Positions 8,559-18,378 of a stretch of 33,650 bases of DNA are shown piece by piece. The notes under the pieces are model-generated. The model made no database searches. It saw nothing but the letters and a program-made list of their open reading frames with translations, and was not told the origin of the DNA. This DNA comes from an uncultured Eubacteriales bacterium. Lineage in GTDB: Bacteria; Bacillota; Clostridia; Oscillospirales; CAG-272. Location: assembly GCA_934462885.1 (NCBI GenBank), contig CAKSJC010000002.1, forward strand, positions 1-33,650. Direction: 5' to 3'. The translations under genes and the position numbers were made by a program. Position 1 is the first letter of the stretch. Each line of letters starts with the position of its first letter.

Positions 8559-10283
8559 ATGTTCAACATAACCTGCAGTGACAATTTCAGCGTAACCCAC
8601 AGAGTTGAGAATCCGTGCGACGGAGTAACGCTTATTTATCTTGACGCCAAAACAAAAGGAGAACCCTCAAAGCTTAATCTTAACATAAAATGGTACACGG
8701 AATGCGTGGGAGCAAACGTATTTTGGGCGCCGAACTGCTATCAGAGCAAACGTTCGAGACCATCATGGTATGGTACCCTTAAATCGTGCGAGAGCAGCTC
8801 CGCTCCGGTCGCAGGATATGTTTCATATAACGACAACAACGCCCTTATGATTGCCTGCTCCGACGCAAAAAACGAAGTGGGAATCGAAGCAGGTGTGGTT
8901 GAAGCAGACGGTCAGATCGAGTGTGCGGTAGAGATCAACGTTCAGTATAATCTCACTGAATACTCCGCTGTCGTTCGTTTTGATACGAGAAAAATTCCGT
9001 TCTACAAGGTCGTCGGCGATATTGTAAAATGGTGGGAAGGATTCGACGGATATAAACCCGCCAATGTACCGACTTCGGCAAAAATGCCCCTTTACTCCAC
9101 ATGGTACAGCTATCATCAGGATGTGGATGTTCCCGTAATCCTTGCAGAGTGCAAGTATTTTGCAGATCTCGGATGCCGCGCGGTCATCGTGGATGACGGT
9201 TGGCAAACCGATACCACCGGCCTCGGTTATCAATTCTGCGGCGACTGGGAACCCGCGCCCTCAAAAATAAAAGATATGAAAGCCTTTGTCGACGGAATAC
9301 ACGCACTCGGAATGAAATTTTTGCTTTGGTATTCCGTTCCGTTTGTAGGCATAAAATCCAAAGTTTACGAACGCTTCAAGAATATGCTTCTCCCCGCAAG
9401 CGATGTGAACGGCGATACGTTCAAATTCGATCCCCGTTTCCCCGAGGTCAGAGAATATCTCATCGGAAAATACAAAAAAGCTGTCCTTGACTGGGGACTC
9501 GACGGTTTTAAGCTTGACTTCATCGACAGCTTTTCTCAGTGCGACGAAGTGCGCGACGGCATGGACTGCGTTTCCGTTTACGACGGCGTTGACCGACTCT
9601 TTAAGGAAATTCTTTCGGAATTAAGAAAACTCAACCCGGACATCATGATTGAGTTCCGCCAGAGTTATATAGGTCCTCTTATGAGAACATTCGGAAATAT
9701 GTTCCGCGTTGTGGACTGCCCGAACGACAGCTTTGAAAACAGAAGAAGTTCCCTTAACCTCAGAATAAGCTCCGGAAATACGGCGACCCACTCCGATATG
9801 CTTATGTGGGATCCACGCGAAACCGCGGAACAGGCGGCATATCAGCTGACTCACATTGCGTTTGCCGTTCCGCAGATATCCGTAAAATCTGCGGATATGC
9901 CCGAGAGACACGCAAAAATGGTAAAGACATACCTTTCGTTCTGGACAGAAAACCGCGATGTGCTTATGGAAGGCGAGATGTTCTATAAGGGATATGCGTC
10001 GGACTTCCTTTACGCTTCTTCGCGTAAAGACGGCGCTCAGATAGGCGTTGTTTTTGCCGGAAGAATAGCTTATCTTGAACACGCGGACGAAAACATCACA
10101 ATAATTAACGCTAATCCCTCCGAATACGTAGCTTTTGACTCTAAATTCTCCGGAAAATATAAATATACCGTCGAAAACTGCGTCGGCGAACAGGTTTCTT
10201 GCGGAGAAATTGACATCAAAGCGGGTGAAATCTCCACGATTGCCGCTCCGGAAAACGGCTATATCAATATGAAAAGAGTATAA
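8559..10283 (+). CDS. putative alpha-galactosidase (melibiase-type, clan GH-D; GH36-like)
   Basis: VIVDDGWQ...GDWEP..K..DMKAFVDGIHALGMKFLLW...GLDGFKLDFID resembles the melibiase catalytic (beta/alpha)8 core. RBS GAGGG. Confidence 0.6.
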   Translation: MFNITCSDNFSVTHRVENPCDGVTLIYLDAKTKGEPSKLNLNIKWYTECVGANVFWAPNCYQSKRSRPSWYGTLKSCESSSAPVAGYVSYNDNNALMIACSDAKNEVGIEAGVVEADGQIECAVEINVQYNLTEYSAVVRFDTRKIPFYKVVGDIVKWWEGFDGYKPANVPTSAKMPLYSTWYSYHQDVDVPVILAECKYFADLGCRAVIVDDGWQTDTTGLGYQFCGDWEPAPSKIKDMKAFVDGIHALGMKFLLWYSVPFVGIKSKVYERFKNMLLPASDVNGDTFKFDPRFPEVREYLIGKYKKAVLDWGLDGFKLDFIDSFSQCDEVRDGMDCVSVYDGVDRLFKEILSELRKLNPDIMIEFRQSYIGPLMRTFGNMFRVVDCPNDSFENRRSSLNLRISSGNTATHSDMLMWDPRETAEQAAYQLTHIAFAVPQISVKSADMPERHAKMVKTYLSFWTENRDVLMEGEMFYKGYASDFLYASSRKDGAQIGVVFAGRIAYLEHADENITIINANPSEYVAFDSKFSGKYKYTVENCVGEQVSCGEIDIKAGEISTIAAPENGYINMKRV

Positions 10284-10285
10284 TT

Positions 10286-10855
10286 ATGGCTGACGAACAA
10301 AAAATACGCCCGGCAACTCCTGCGGATGCGGCAGAATTACTTGAGATATACACACCCTATGTGCGCGATACCGCGATATCGTTTGAGCTTGAGCCTCCGA
10401 CCGAAGAGGAATTTGCAAGACGTATCAAGGTAATTCTTGAACGGTATCCGTACATCGTTGCGGAGAAAAACGGCTCGATTGCGGCATACGCATATGCTTC
10501 CGCTTTCAAGGAAAGGGCAGCTTACGACACTTCCGTCGAAATGTCAATATACGTAAGAAAAGAGTTCAGAGGACACGGCTTCGGAAAGCTTTTGTATACG
10601 GAGCTTGAACGTATTCTGCGCCTCCAAAATGTGCAAAACGTAAACGCCTGCATAGCTTATACGGACGATGAAAACGATCCGTATCTAACAAACGGAAGTA
10701 CGCGCTTCCATGAGCGCATGGGATATGCGCCGGTCGGACGCTTTCACAAATGCGCCGCAAAATTCGGTCGCTGGTACGATATGGTATGGATGGAAAAGTT
10801 CATAGGATCCCATGAGACTCCGCCGCCTCGGTTTAAGAAAAAATCGGAATTATAA
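10286..10855 (+). CDS. GNAT N-acetyltransferase, phosphinothricin / methionine-sulfoximine acetyltransferase-like
   Basis: IRPATPADAAELLEIYTPYVRDTAISFELEPPTEEEF is the typical PAT/YwnH-type N-terminus. RGHGFGKLL forms the acetyl-CoA loop. It starts 2 nt after the upstream stop. Confidence 0.7.
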   Translation: MADEQKIRPATPADAAELLEIYTPYVRDTAISFELEPPTEEEFARRIKVILERYPYIVAEKNGSIAAYAYASAFKERAAYDTSVEMSIYVRKEFRGHGFGKLLYTELERILRLQNVQNVNACIAYTDDENDPYLTNGSTRFHERMGYAPVGRFHKCAAKFGRWYDMVWMEKFIGSHETPPPRFKKKSEL

Positions 10856-10878
10856 AAGAATATGCAAGTAAGTCTTTG

Positions 10879-10933
10879 AAAAAAAAAGTTCCGTGGAGAC
10901 GCTTCCCCGAAAGCGTCTCCACGGAACTTTTTT
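10879..10933. terminator. bidirectional rho-independent terminator
   Basis: A 16-bp perfect stem (10888-10903 / 10912-10927) with an 8-nt loop, flanked by an A-run and a T-run, between convergent genes. Confidence 0.85.
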
Positions 10934-10953
10934 CGTTTATTTGTAATTTTCGA

Positions 10954-11409
10954 TTATTCCGCATACTTAAAATCATTCACGCGGGATTCGAGAACTGAAA
11001 GATACCTTCCGCACTCGCGTTTGGCGTCGGCGAGGTCGAGATCAAGGTAATTCCCGCACTCGACGGGCGAGGCTCCGAAAACGGGACCTTCGTATGAGAT
11101 TATTTTTTCTAACACGTCGATCGTTACCGCGAGAACCTTTTCGTTCGGCACTCCCCTTGTAATGAGGTAAAATCCGGTGCGGCAGCCCATCGGTCCGAAA
11201 TAAATTACGGAATCTTTTATTTCCGAATTCCGCACAAACGTTGCAAACATATGCTCAACGGTGTGCGCAGTGCGGGTATCCATATAGTCTCCGGCGTTCG
11301 GCTTTCGCGTGCGAAGGTCGTACGTCACGATATCCCCGTCGACTCTTGAAATGTATATTCCGGGGTCAAGCTTTGTGTGATCCACTCTGAAACTTGCGAT
11401 TTTTTCCAT
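10954..11409 (-). CDS. luxS: S-ribosylhomocysteine lyase (AI-2 synthase)
   Basis: FRVDHTKL..., metal-binding HTVEHMFA, GPMGCRTGFY. ATG 11409 has an AGAGG RBS. The ORF-track TTG start at 11469 lies inside the promoter. Confidence 0.9.
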   Translation of the reverse strand: MEKIASFRVDHTKLDPGIYISRVDGDIVTYDLRTRKPNAGDYMDTRTAHTVEHMFATFVRNSEIKDSVIYFGPMGCRTGFYLITRGVPNEKVLAVTIDVLEKIISYEGPVFGASPVECGNYLDLDLADAKRECGRYLSVLESRVNDFKYAE

Positions 11410-11439
11410 AGCAAACCTCTTATTTGTTTTTCTGCGTAC

Positions 11440-11469
11440 ATTATACAACAATTGACCAAAAAAAGTCAA
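11440..11469 (-). promoter_or_regulatory. sigma-A-type promoter for luxS
   Basis: Minus strand reads TTGACT-18 nt-TATAAT. Confidence 0.55.
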
Positions 11470-11626
11470 CCGATTGTAAAGCTCAGCTGTTTTCGCTTAA
11501 ATGTTTTATCTCCGTTCAAACGAAACAAACAATTTGTTAAAAAAAATATGTTATCCTTTAATTGTAAAAACCGGAAGCCGAGCTTGCGGCTGTTTTTTAT
11601 TTTTATCTGAAAAACAGGAGGTATAA

Positions 11627-12988
11627 ATGAAGCAGAATTACTCGGAAATCACTCCCTACTTAGAGCAACTCGCAGCCCTTTCCGTAAAGAACAACAATAT
11701 AAAGCCCGAATTGTTCACACAAACTCATGTTTACCGCGGACTTCGCGACAATGACGGAAACGGAGTCGTTACCGGACTTACGGAAATATCGCATATAAAA
11801 GCGAAAGAGACCGCTCCCGACGGAAAAAGCGTTCCGTGCGACGGAGAGCTTTATTACAGGGGAATAAACATACGCGATCTTACCTACGGATTCCTTTCAG
11901 AGGACAGATTCGGCTTTGAGGAAGCGGTTTATCTTCTTCTCTTTTCAGAGCTTCCGAAAAAGGACAGTCTTGCCCGATTCAAAGAAGAGCTTTCCGAATT
12001 CCGCTCGCTCCCTACCTCGTTTGTACGCGACATGATCCTTAAAGCTCCCGGACGGGATATGATGAACGTCCTGTCAAGAAGCGTGCTCGCGCTCTACGCC
12101 TACGATGAAAATCCGGACGACATCTCGATCCCCAATGTACTTCGCCAGTGTCTCTTCCTTATTTCTGTATTTCCGCTCCTTGCGGTGTACGGCTATCAGT
12201 CCTTTCAGCACTATCATATGCAGAAAAGTCTTTTTATCCACCTTCCGAAACCCGAGCTGTCAACCGCCGAAAATATCCTCTCCATACTCCGCGAGAACGG
12301 AGAGTACTCTCATCTTGAAGCAAAAATACTCGATCTTTGTCTCGTTCTGCACGCCGAGCACGGCGGCGGGAACAATTCCTCATTTACAACGCACGTCGTC
12401 ACTTCTTCGGGAACAGATACGTATTCCGCCATATCCGCGGCTCTCGGTTCTCTCAAGGGTCCACGCCACGGCGGCGCTAACGTGAAAGTGGTAAAAATGT
12501 TTGAGGATATGCACCAAAACCTCTCCTCGACGGACGACGGAGCGGTGTGCGACTATCTTCGCGCGCTGCTTGACAAAAGAGCGTTTGACAATGCGGGACT
12601 CATCTACGGCATGGGTCACGCCGTCTACTCCAAATCCGATCCGCGTTCGGAAATACTGCGCGGCTTCGCACGGGAGCTTTCTATCGAAAAAGGCTTTGAA
12701 GAAGAATATGCGCTGTACGAAAAGGTCGCGAGACTCGCGCCCGAGATAATCGCCGAAAAGCGCAAGGTTTACAAGGGCGTCAGCCCGAACGTGGATTTTT
12801 ATTCGGGGCTTATTTACAAAATTTTAGATCTGCCGAGCGAGCTTTACACTCCACTGTTTGCGATATCGAGGGTCGCGGGCTGGAGCGCTCACCGTATCGA
12901 AGAAATTGAAAACGCCGGAAAAATCATCCGTCCCGCTTATATAAACGTAAAAGAAAAACAACAGTACGTAAAGCTTTCCGACAGATAA
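11627..12988 (+). CDS. gltA: citrate synthase (Si-type citrate/2-methylcitrate synthase family)
   Basis: LHAEHGGGNNSSFTTHVV, GPRHGGAN, GMGHAVY, NVDFYSG. RBS ACAGGAGG. Confidence 0.85.
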   Translation: MKQNYSEITPYLEQLAALSVKNNNIKPELFTQTHVYRGLRDNDGNGVVTGLTEISHIKAKETAPDGKSVPCDGELYYRGINIRDLTYGFLSEDRFGFEEAVYLLLFSELPKKDSLARFKEELSEFRSLPTSFVRDMILKAPGRDMMNVLSRSVLALYAYDENPDDISIPNVLRQCLFLISVFPLLAVYGYQSFQHYHMQKSLFIHLPKPELSTAENILSILRENGEYSHLEAKILDLCLVLHAEHGGGNNSSFTTHVVTSSGTDTYSAISAALGSLKGPRHGGANVKVVKMFEDMHQNLSSTDDGAVCDYLRALLDKRAFDNAGLIYGMGHAVYSKSDPRSEILRGFARELSIEKGFEEEYALYEKVARLAPEIIAEKRKVYKGVSPNVDFYSGLIYKILDLPSELYTPLFAISRVAGWSAHRIEEIENAGKIIRPAYINVKEKQQYVKLSDR

Positions 12989-13036
12989 CAGAGTCGTCAA
13001 AAATGCCGAAAGCTCTCAGGCAGCGCTCTGAAAACG

Positions 13037-13080
13037 TAAAAAATCACGGCTTCCCATGGGAAGCCGTGATTTTACTTTTT
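13037..13080. terminator. bidirectional rho-independent terminator
   Basis: A perfect palindrome ATCACGGCTTCCCATGGGAAGCCGTGAT, flanked by an A-run and T-runs, between convergent genes. Confidence 0.85.
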
Positions 13081-13094
13081 CGGTTATTTATTCG

Positions 13095-15791
13095 TTAGTT
13101 TTCGTAGCCGAGAAGGTTGCAGCAGAAGCTTTCGAGAAGAACCGCAAGCTCCCATCTCTTAGCTCCGTCGCCGGGAGTCATGTAGCCGTTATCGAGTACG
13201 AGGTAATCGCACGCCGTAGCAAGCTTAACAGGATCCTTTGCGTAGCTGTATCTCTCGTTTTCGAGGAGCTTCTTATCCTTTACTGTGATGCTTGTGCCGC
13301 TTACATATTTGCTTACGTTGATCTGCTCAATATAAAGAGCGTATCTGTACATTACGGTATACATCTGAGCGTGTGTGATCTCATCGTAAGGACCGAACTT
13401 TCCGTTGCCGTAACCCTGAATGATTCCGTTTTCATTAGCCCATTCAACGTACGGAGCATACCATGTGTTATCCTTGGTATCGTTGTTTACGTCGTAGAAA
13501 GAGGTCTTTGAATTGTATCTGTTGGTGTTAACTCCTGCGAGTCTGCCGAGAACTGTTACGAACATAGCGCGGTTCATCGTTGTGTTGGGTCTGAAGAGAT
13601 TGCTGGACACTCCTGTGAAGAGACCGTTTTCAACAACAAACCGGATAGCGCTGTAATAACTGTCATATTCGGTGATATCGGTGTAGGGGTTATTCCAAAC
13701 GTTATCGTCTGTAAATTGGGCTTTGATTGTGATATCTTCAGTTACGGAAGATATTACATATGTCGCCTTGCCTGTATTTTTGTTATAGGTATAATTTGTA
13801 GAATCCTTGATAACGCTCTTGTTATTTACGAGAACGTCCTGAATAGCGTAACCCTTGTTAGGTGTAATCGTAAATTCAATGCTTGAACCGAGAAGGATAG
13901 AAGAAGAAGCGGATGTTGTTACAGTACCGTTCTTAATGTTCTTATCGATCGTGAGTGTGTAGAAGCCGGGGAGGTTTCCGCCGAATTCGAACACGAGTTC
14001 AGAGCTTCTGTCAAGAGAGAGCGTTGCAGCCCTGCCGTTTACGGATTTGTCAAGATATGTGAGAGATGCCTTCTTTGTGGAAGAGTTAATTACTCTTATC
14101 TTGTACTCTTTGTAAAAAGAACTGCCGTAACCGAAGTTGGTCGATCTCATTTCGAGGGCATGACCGTTCAAGTCGATAGTGAGAGTCTTTTCGATCTTGT
14201 ATTCAAATCCGGAAGAGAGAGACTGGTTTCCGTTGAGAGTAATCGTAACAGTGTAAAGTGAGGAGGAAATATTGTTTACGTTTTTGAGAGCTTCCTCAAG
14301 AGTGTCGTAAGATTCGCTTTCTCTGCCCCATTCAACAACTACGTTGCCGTCGGAGATATCTGCGTAAATCTTCTGGTCGTAATCTTCTCCGTTATAGGTG
14401 AACTTTAAGAGAAGACCTACTTCGTTGTATTTGTTAACGTCGTCAGCTTCGATATAGTAGTAGTTTTTGGTTTTTTCTTTTCCGGTGCTGCTAAGCACTT
14501 CAAGGCTCTTTAAGTCCCAACCGTCGGGAAGAGAGGATGTCTTTATTGTAGCGGTCGAGTTATCTTCGAACTTGGCAATAAAGCTTACGATGTTGCTTAC
14601 AGAAACCTTGGCGCCTACATAAAGACCCGTTGTCTTAACGGAGCTTATGGATTTAAGAGCGAGCTTGTCGGTTACTGTGACGACAAGAGTAACGCTTCTG
14701 TTGACAGCGGCAATAGGATCAAGAACGTTAACGTCAACTACTGCGTATCCGAGATCCTTGTCGCTGCTTGTGAATATCTTTGTGGGAGTTGCGGATTTAA
14801 CGTCAACAACCTGAGTTATAAGCTTATTGTCCTTATCTTTATAGGTGAACGTTACTTTCATTCCGTCGGGATTAAACATATCTCCCACCTGATATTTCAT
14901 CTTTGTGGGGTTTTTCGTAATTTTGCATTCTACAAACGTGTAATCGGCAGGGTTATACTTCGGAGTTACATTAATATTGATTTCGCCGACTTTGGCGTTC
15001 TTATATGTTACTACAACCGTTTTTCCGTTATCATCAGCCGTAAGAGCGCGGACTGCGTTTTTACCGTCTATCGTAAGGTCGAATCCGTCTTTTACATATG
15101 CAACCGATCCGTTATTGTATGTAAGCTTAAGTTCTACGGAAAGAGTGTCGCCTACAACATAATCTGTCTTTATAGGAGTGGAAATCTCCACCTTGCTTAC
15201 CTGAACTTCGCTTACCTTGATACCGGTAACTTCTTTTGAAAAGCCTGCGTAGCTTATTGTAACGGAAGTTGTGGAAGCGGTAAGAGTTGCGGGAGTTACT
15301 ATGTAAGCGTCGTCGGCGAGCGGTTTAGATGTATCGCCATTATTGTATTTAAGCTTAACGGCAATCGTGCTCTTATCAAAGCTATCGCCGCTGTAATACT
15401 GTTTGGTTTTAAAAGATGAGTTTTCGGTGTATGTCAGCTCGGATATCTGCTTTTCTTCAAACGTTATGGATTTGCTGGCGGGTTCTTTACCCTCCGCCGA
15501 TACGGTAATCGTTACCGTCCCGCTGTTTACGGGAGTAACGGTACACTTGTTTCCCGAAGGAGTAATAGAAGCAACGGAACCGTCGTCAAGTCCCCATTTG
15601 TAGTCTTCGCTTGCAGCAGCTCCGCTTGCGGTAAGCGTAACAGCACTTGCAGAAGGATCGCTCTTTTCAAAATATTTTGTTCCTGTTGGCGCGCCCGATA
15701 TGCTCAACTTGCCGGCGGCAAATACAGTCACCGGGCATATCATGACGACTGCAAGAAGAAGCGCAAGAACGCTTGTCAGTTTTCTTTTCAT
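13095..15791 (-). CDS. large secreted cell-surface protein: signal peptide, multiple Ig-like (Big_3-type) repeats, three C-terminal SLH domains
   Basis: Signal peptide MKRKLTSVLALLLAVVMICPVTVFA. Recurrent K..Y.VGD....G..V...Y.NG modules. C-terminal SLH-like segments (FTDDNVW..YYSAIRFVVENGLFTG; FYDV..WYAPYVEWANENGIIQGYGNGKFGP; ..LATACDYLVL..). Confidence 0.8.
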   Translation of the reverse strand: MKRKLTSVLALLLAVVMICPVTVFAAGKLSISGAPTGTKYFEKSDPSASAVTLTASGAAASEDYKWGLDDGSVASITPSGNKCTVTPVNSGTVTITVSAEGKEPASKSITFEEKQISELTYTENSSFKTKQYYSGDSFDKSTIAVKLKYNNGDTSKPLADDAYIVTPATLTASTTSVTISYAGFSKEVTGIKVSEVQVSKVEISTPIKTDYVVGDTLSVELKLTYNNGSVAYVKDGFDLTIDGKNAVRALTADDNGKTVVVTYKNAKVGEININVTPKYNPADYTFVECKITKNPTKMKYQVGDMFNPDGMKVTFTYKDKDNKLITQVVDVKSATPTKIFTSSDKDLGYAVVDVNVLDPIAAVNRSVTLVVTVTDKLALKSISSVKTTGLYVGAKVSVSNIVSFIAKFEDNSTATIKTSSLPDGWDLKSLEVLSSTGKEKTKNYYYIEADDVNKYNEVGLLLKFTYNGEDYDQKIYADISDGNVVVEWGRESESYDTLEEALKNVNNISSSLYTVTITLNGNQSLSSGFEYKIEKTLTIDLNGHALEMRSTNFGYGSSFYKEYKIRVINSSTKKASLTYLDKSVNGRAATLSLDRSSELVFEFGGNLPGFYTLTIDKNIKNGTVTTSASSSILLGSSIEFTITPNKGYAIQDVLVNNKSVIKDSTNYTYNKNTGKATYVISSVTEDITIKAQFTDDNVWNNPYTDITEYDSYYSAIRFVVENGLFTGVSSNLFRPNTTMNRAMFVTVLGRLAGVNTNRYNSKTSFYDVNNDTKDNTWYAPYVEWANENGIIQGYGNGKFGPYDEITHAQMYTVMYRYALYIEQINVSKYVSGTSITVKDKKLLENERYSYAKDPVKLATACDYLVLDNGYMTPGDGAKRWELAVLLESFCCNLLGYEN

Positions 15792-16133
15792 AATAAAATT
15801 TCCTTTCTTGATTTTTCATCCTCCGGATTCCCGGCAGGACAGTTCTACATGGTAATCATACCATACTTAACGCCGTTTTGGGAACCCTATCAGGAAAATT
15901 AACAATGTTTTAACAGCTTTTTGCTTGGTTACGGTTTTTTAGACGCTTCATTCCCCGAAAAAGTTCCCGCAAAAGAAAAATTTTTTCTCTAATTCGGAAA
16001 AGTCGGGCTTCGGAGAAGTCAGTCGTGTAAAGAAGTCGGGCGCAGGGAGACGGGAAAACGGTTCTTTCCCGAAAGAATCAAAGAACTTTCAAACGGGGAG
16101 AGGACAGATATTTGGGGACTGCCGCTTTCGCGG

Positions 16134-16802
16134 TTACTTTGCAAGATAATCTTCAAATTTGGCGACGTCGGCGGTTTTTCCGATAACCGTTACCGTATCG
16201 CCGAGGGCGAACTCCGTTTCGGGAGAAATATCCGTAATCATCTCTCCGGCATGATTTACCGCGATTATGTTCAGTCCGTAGTTTTTGCGCACGTTCAGTT
16301 CAAGAACCGTCTTTCCCGCCGCTTTTTCCGTAATAAGTATCTCCATTATGTCAACGGAATCGGAGAGCGAAATATATTCGAGAATATGCGGCGACGACAG
16401 CTTTGCCGCAAGTCTGAGCGCCATATCGCGTTCCGGATAAACGACCTTCGCGCCGAGCATTTTCAACACGTCTCCCTGCTCGGGGCTTGTCGCCTTGGCT
16501 ATAACCTCCGGAACGCCGAGTCTGATGATCGTGAGCGTCGTCAATATGCTTACGTCGATTTTTTCTCCTATGCAAATGACCGCAACGTCCGCATCTCCGA
16601 CTCCCGCTTCCTCAAGATTTTCGGAAGTCAGCTCGTTTACTACGAATGCGTTCAGCGTAAATTCCGACGCGGCGTTTACCTTCTGACGGTCACAGTCGAC
16701 CGCCAGAACATCGCAGCCTTTTTTCGAAAGCTCCCCGGCGAGAGCAAAGCCGAATCTGCCGAGTCCGATCACCGCGTAGAGCTTGTTTTTCTTTTTTGGC
16801 AT
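16134..16802 (-). CDS. trkA: Trk/Ktr potassium uptake NAD-binding regulatory subunit
   Basis: VIGLGRFG Rossmann motif (RCK_N) followed by an RCK_C-like C-terminus. RBS AAAGGAG. It lies downstream of trkH. Confidence 0.85.
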   Translation of the reverse strand: MPKKKNKLYAVIGLGRFGFALAGELSKKGCDVLAVDCDRQKVNAASEFTLNAFVVNELTSENLEEAGVGDADVAVICIGEKIDVSILTTLTIIRLGVPEVIAKATSPEQGDVLKMLGAKVVYPERDMALRLAAKLSSPHILEYISLSDSVDIMEILITEKAAGKTVLELNVRKNYGLNIIAVNHAGEMITDISPETEFALGDTVTVIGKTADVAKFEDYLAK

Positions 16803-16864
16803 GAATTAACTCCTTTCGCTTGCTTTTGCGCGATCTCTGTTATTTTTTCGCGCTTCGCATATTT

Positions 16865-18160
16865 TTATCCGATCGGTATATCTTCTTCGGGACGCGAAAC
16901 TCCCGATTTCTTCGACGCCGCCCACAAGGTTGCGATCGAGAGAGGTCCGAGTCTGCCGAGATACATAGACATAATGAGGACAATTTTAGACGGAACGGAC
17001 AGCGCGGCGGTTATCCCGCGCGACAGTCCGGTAGTGGCGACAGCCGAAACTTCTTCAAAAATAAGATCCGCGAGAGAGGACTTCGGCTCAAATAAAGACA
17101 GTGTAAACGTCGCCGCAAGCACCAGGGCAATACCGAGAAACACTATAAGCGACGCTTTGTGTACGATATCGTCTTTCAGACGTTTTCCGAACGCGACGGG
17201 TTCTCTTCCTTTTGCCGCCGAGGCTAGTGATTTTGCAAGAACAAACACGGTAGTCGTCTTAACGCCGCCCCCTGTCGAGCCGGGAGACGCGCCTATAAAC
17301 ATAAGAATACACATCAAAACGACGCCTCCCGCGGACAGCGTACTCATCGGGATACTCGCGAATCCGGCGGTGCGTGCGGTAACGGCGGAAAAGAATGCCT
17401 CTGTCCAAGTAAGTCCGTCTCTTTCGGAAAGCTTCAGGAGAATCCCTCCGCCCGCAGTCAGAAGAACCGTCATAAACGACACGGTTTTTACGTGCAGTGA
17501 AAAACGTTCGCCTTTTTTTCGGTGCATGATCTCGTACATCGCAAAAAAGCCGAATCCGCCTCCGAGGATCAGGATTGCGGTCACAACGTTAAAGTAGATA
17601 TCTCCCGCGTAATAACATATGCTGTCGCCGCGTCCGAGAATATCAAAACCTGCGTTGTTGAACGCGGCTATCGAATGATATATCGAGAGCCACACCGCAC
17701 GGGGAGCGGAATAATCCCTGATAAACACGGGAAACGAGAGCGCGGCTCCCGCCGCTTCCCAAACGAGCGTAAGGCACAAAACCGCTTTTATCAGAGGAAA
17801 AATATCCTTAAAACTCGGACGGTTGAGCGCTTCGCGCACGAGATTGTTCTCGCGCTGATTGAGCCGTCCGCCGAGGAGCGCAATGAGTCCCGCGCCGAGC
17901 GAGGTTATCCCGAGTCCGCCGATCTGGATAAGCACGGCGGTCACGATCTGCCCGAAAAGAGTATACGTCGTTCCGATCTCGACTGTAACAAGACCGGTAA
18001 CGCATACCGCGCTTGTCGAAGTAAATAAAGCGTCGATAAACGAGAGCTTTCCGTTGTGAGAAAACGGCAAAAGAAGAAGAAGGGTTCCTGCGGCGATGAC
18101 CGAGAGAAATCCCAGCGCGATCATCATTCCGGCGGAGAGCCGATAACGTTTGGTTTTCAT
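16865..18160 (-). CDS. trkH: TrkH/KtrB-family potassium transporter membrane subunit
   Basis: A polytopic protein with repeated pore-loop-like TGL/GGG segments (SAVCVTGL, IGGLG, SPGSTGGG, ATTGLS). I chose ATG 18160. The ORF-track start at 18178 is GTG without a Shine-Dalgarno sequence. Confidence 0.8.
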   Translation of the reverse strand: MKTKRYRLSAGMMIALGFLSVIAAGTLLLLLPFSHNGKLSFIDALFTSTSAVCVTGLVTVEIGTTYTLFGQIVTAVLIQIGGLGITSLGAGLIALLGGRLNQRENNLVREALNRPSFKDIFPLIKAVLCLTLVWEAAGAALSFPVFIRDYSAPRAVWLSIYHSIAAFNNAGFDILGRGDSICYYAGDIYFNVVTAILILGGGFGFFAMYEIMHRKKGERFSLHVKTVSFMTVLLTAGGGILLKLSERDGLTWTEAFFSAVTARTAGFASIPMSTLSAGGVVLMCILMFIGASPGSTGGGVKTTTVFVLAKSLASAAKGREPVAFGKRLKDDIVHKASLIVFLGIALVLAATFTLSLFEPKSSLADLIFEEVSAVATTGLSRGITAALSVPSKIVLIMSMYLGRLGPLSIATLWAASKKSGVSRPEEDIPIG

Positions 18161-18378
18161 AAAAATTTCATCTTTCACATGCGCCGCGCTGCTTCGGCAT
18201 CGGAAACAGCCGCTTTCTTTCGGAAAAGCTCCCGTTTCAAGCGGACAGTTTATCCCGTCCGGCTTTTGCGCGGAAGAATCCGGCGTAAAGAAATTCGCCC
18301 GATACCGATCGTTTTTTTGATATCAAAAGCGCGGCTTTTTTGTTTTCGCGAATATGCTTTCTGTTTTTGCCAATATGT

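Noticed and set aside
16251-17597. A 448-codon plus-strand ORF spanning the antisense strand of trkA, the intergenic gap and trkH.
   Set aside because: The translation is R/S/P-rich junk with no recognisable motif and no ribosome binding site. It lies exactly opposite two well-supported genes. Over trkA it is in codon register with the sense frame, so it stays open simply because TTA, CTA and TCA codons are avoided. I treat it as a codon-bias shadow ORF.
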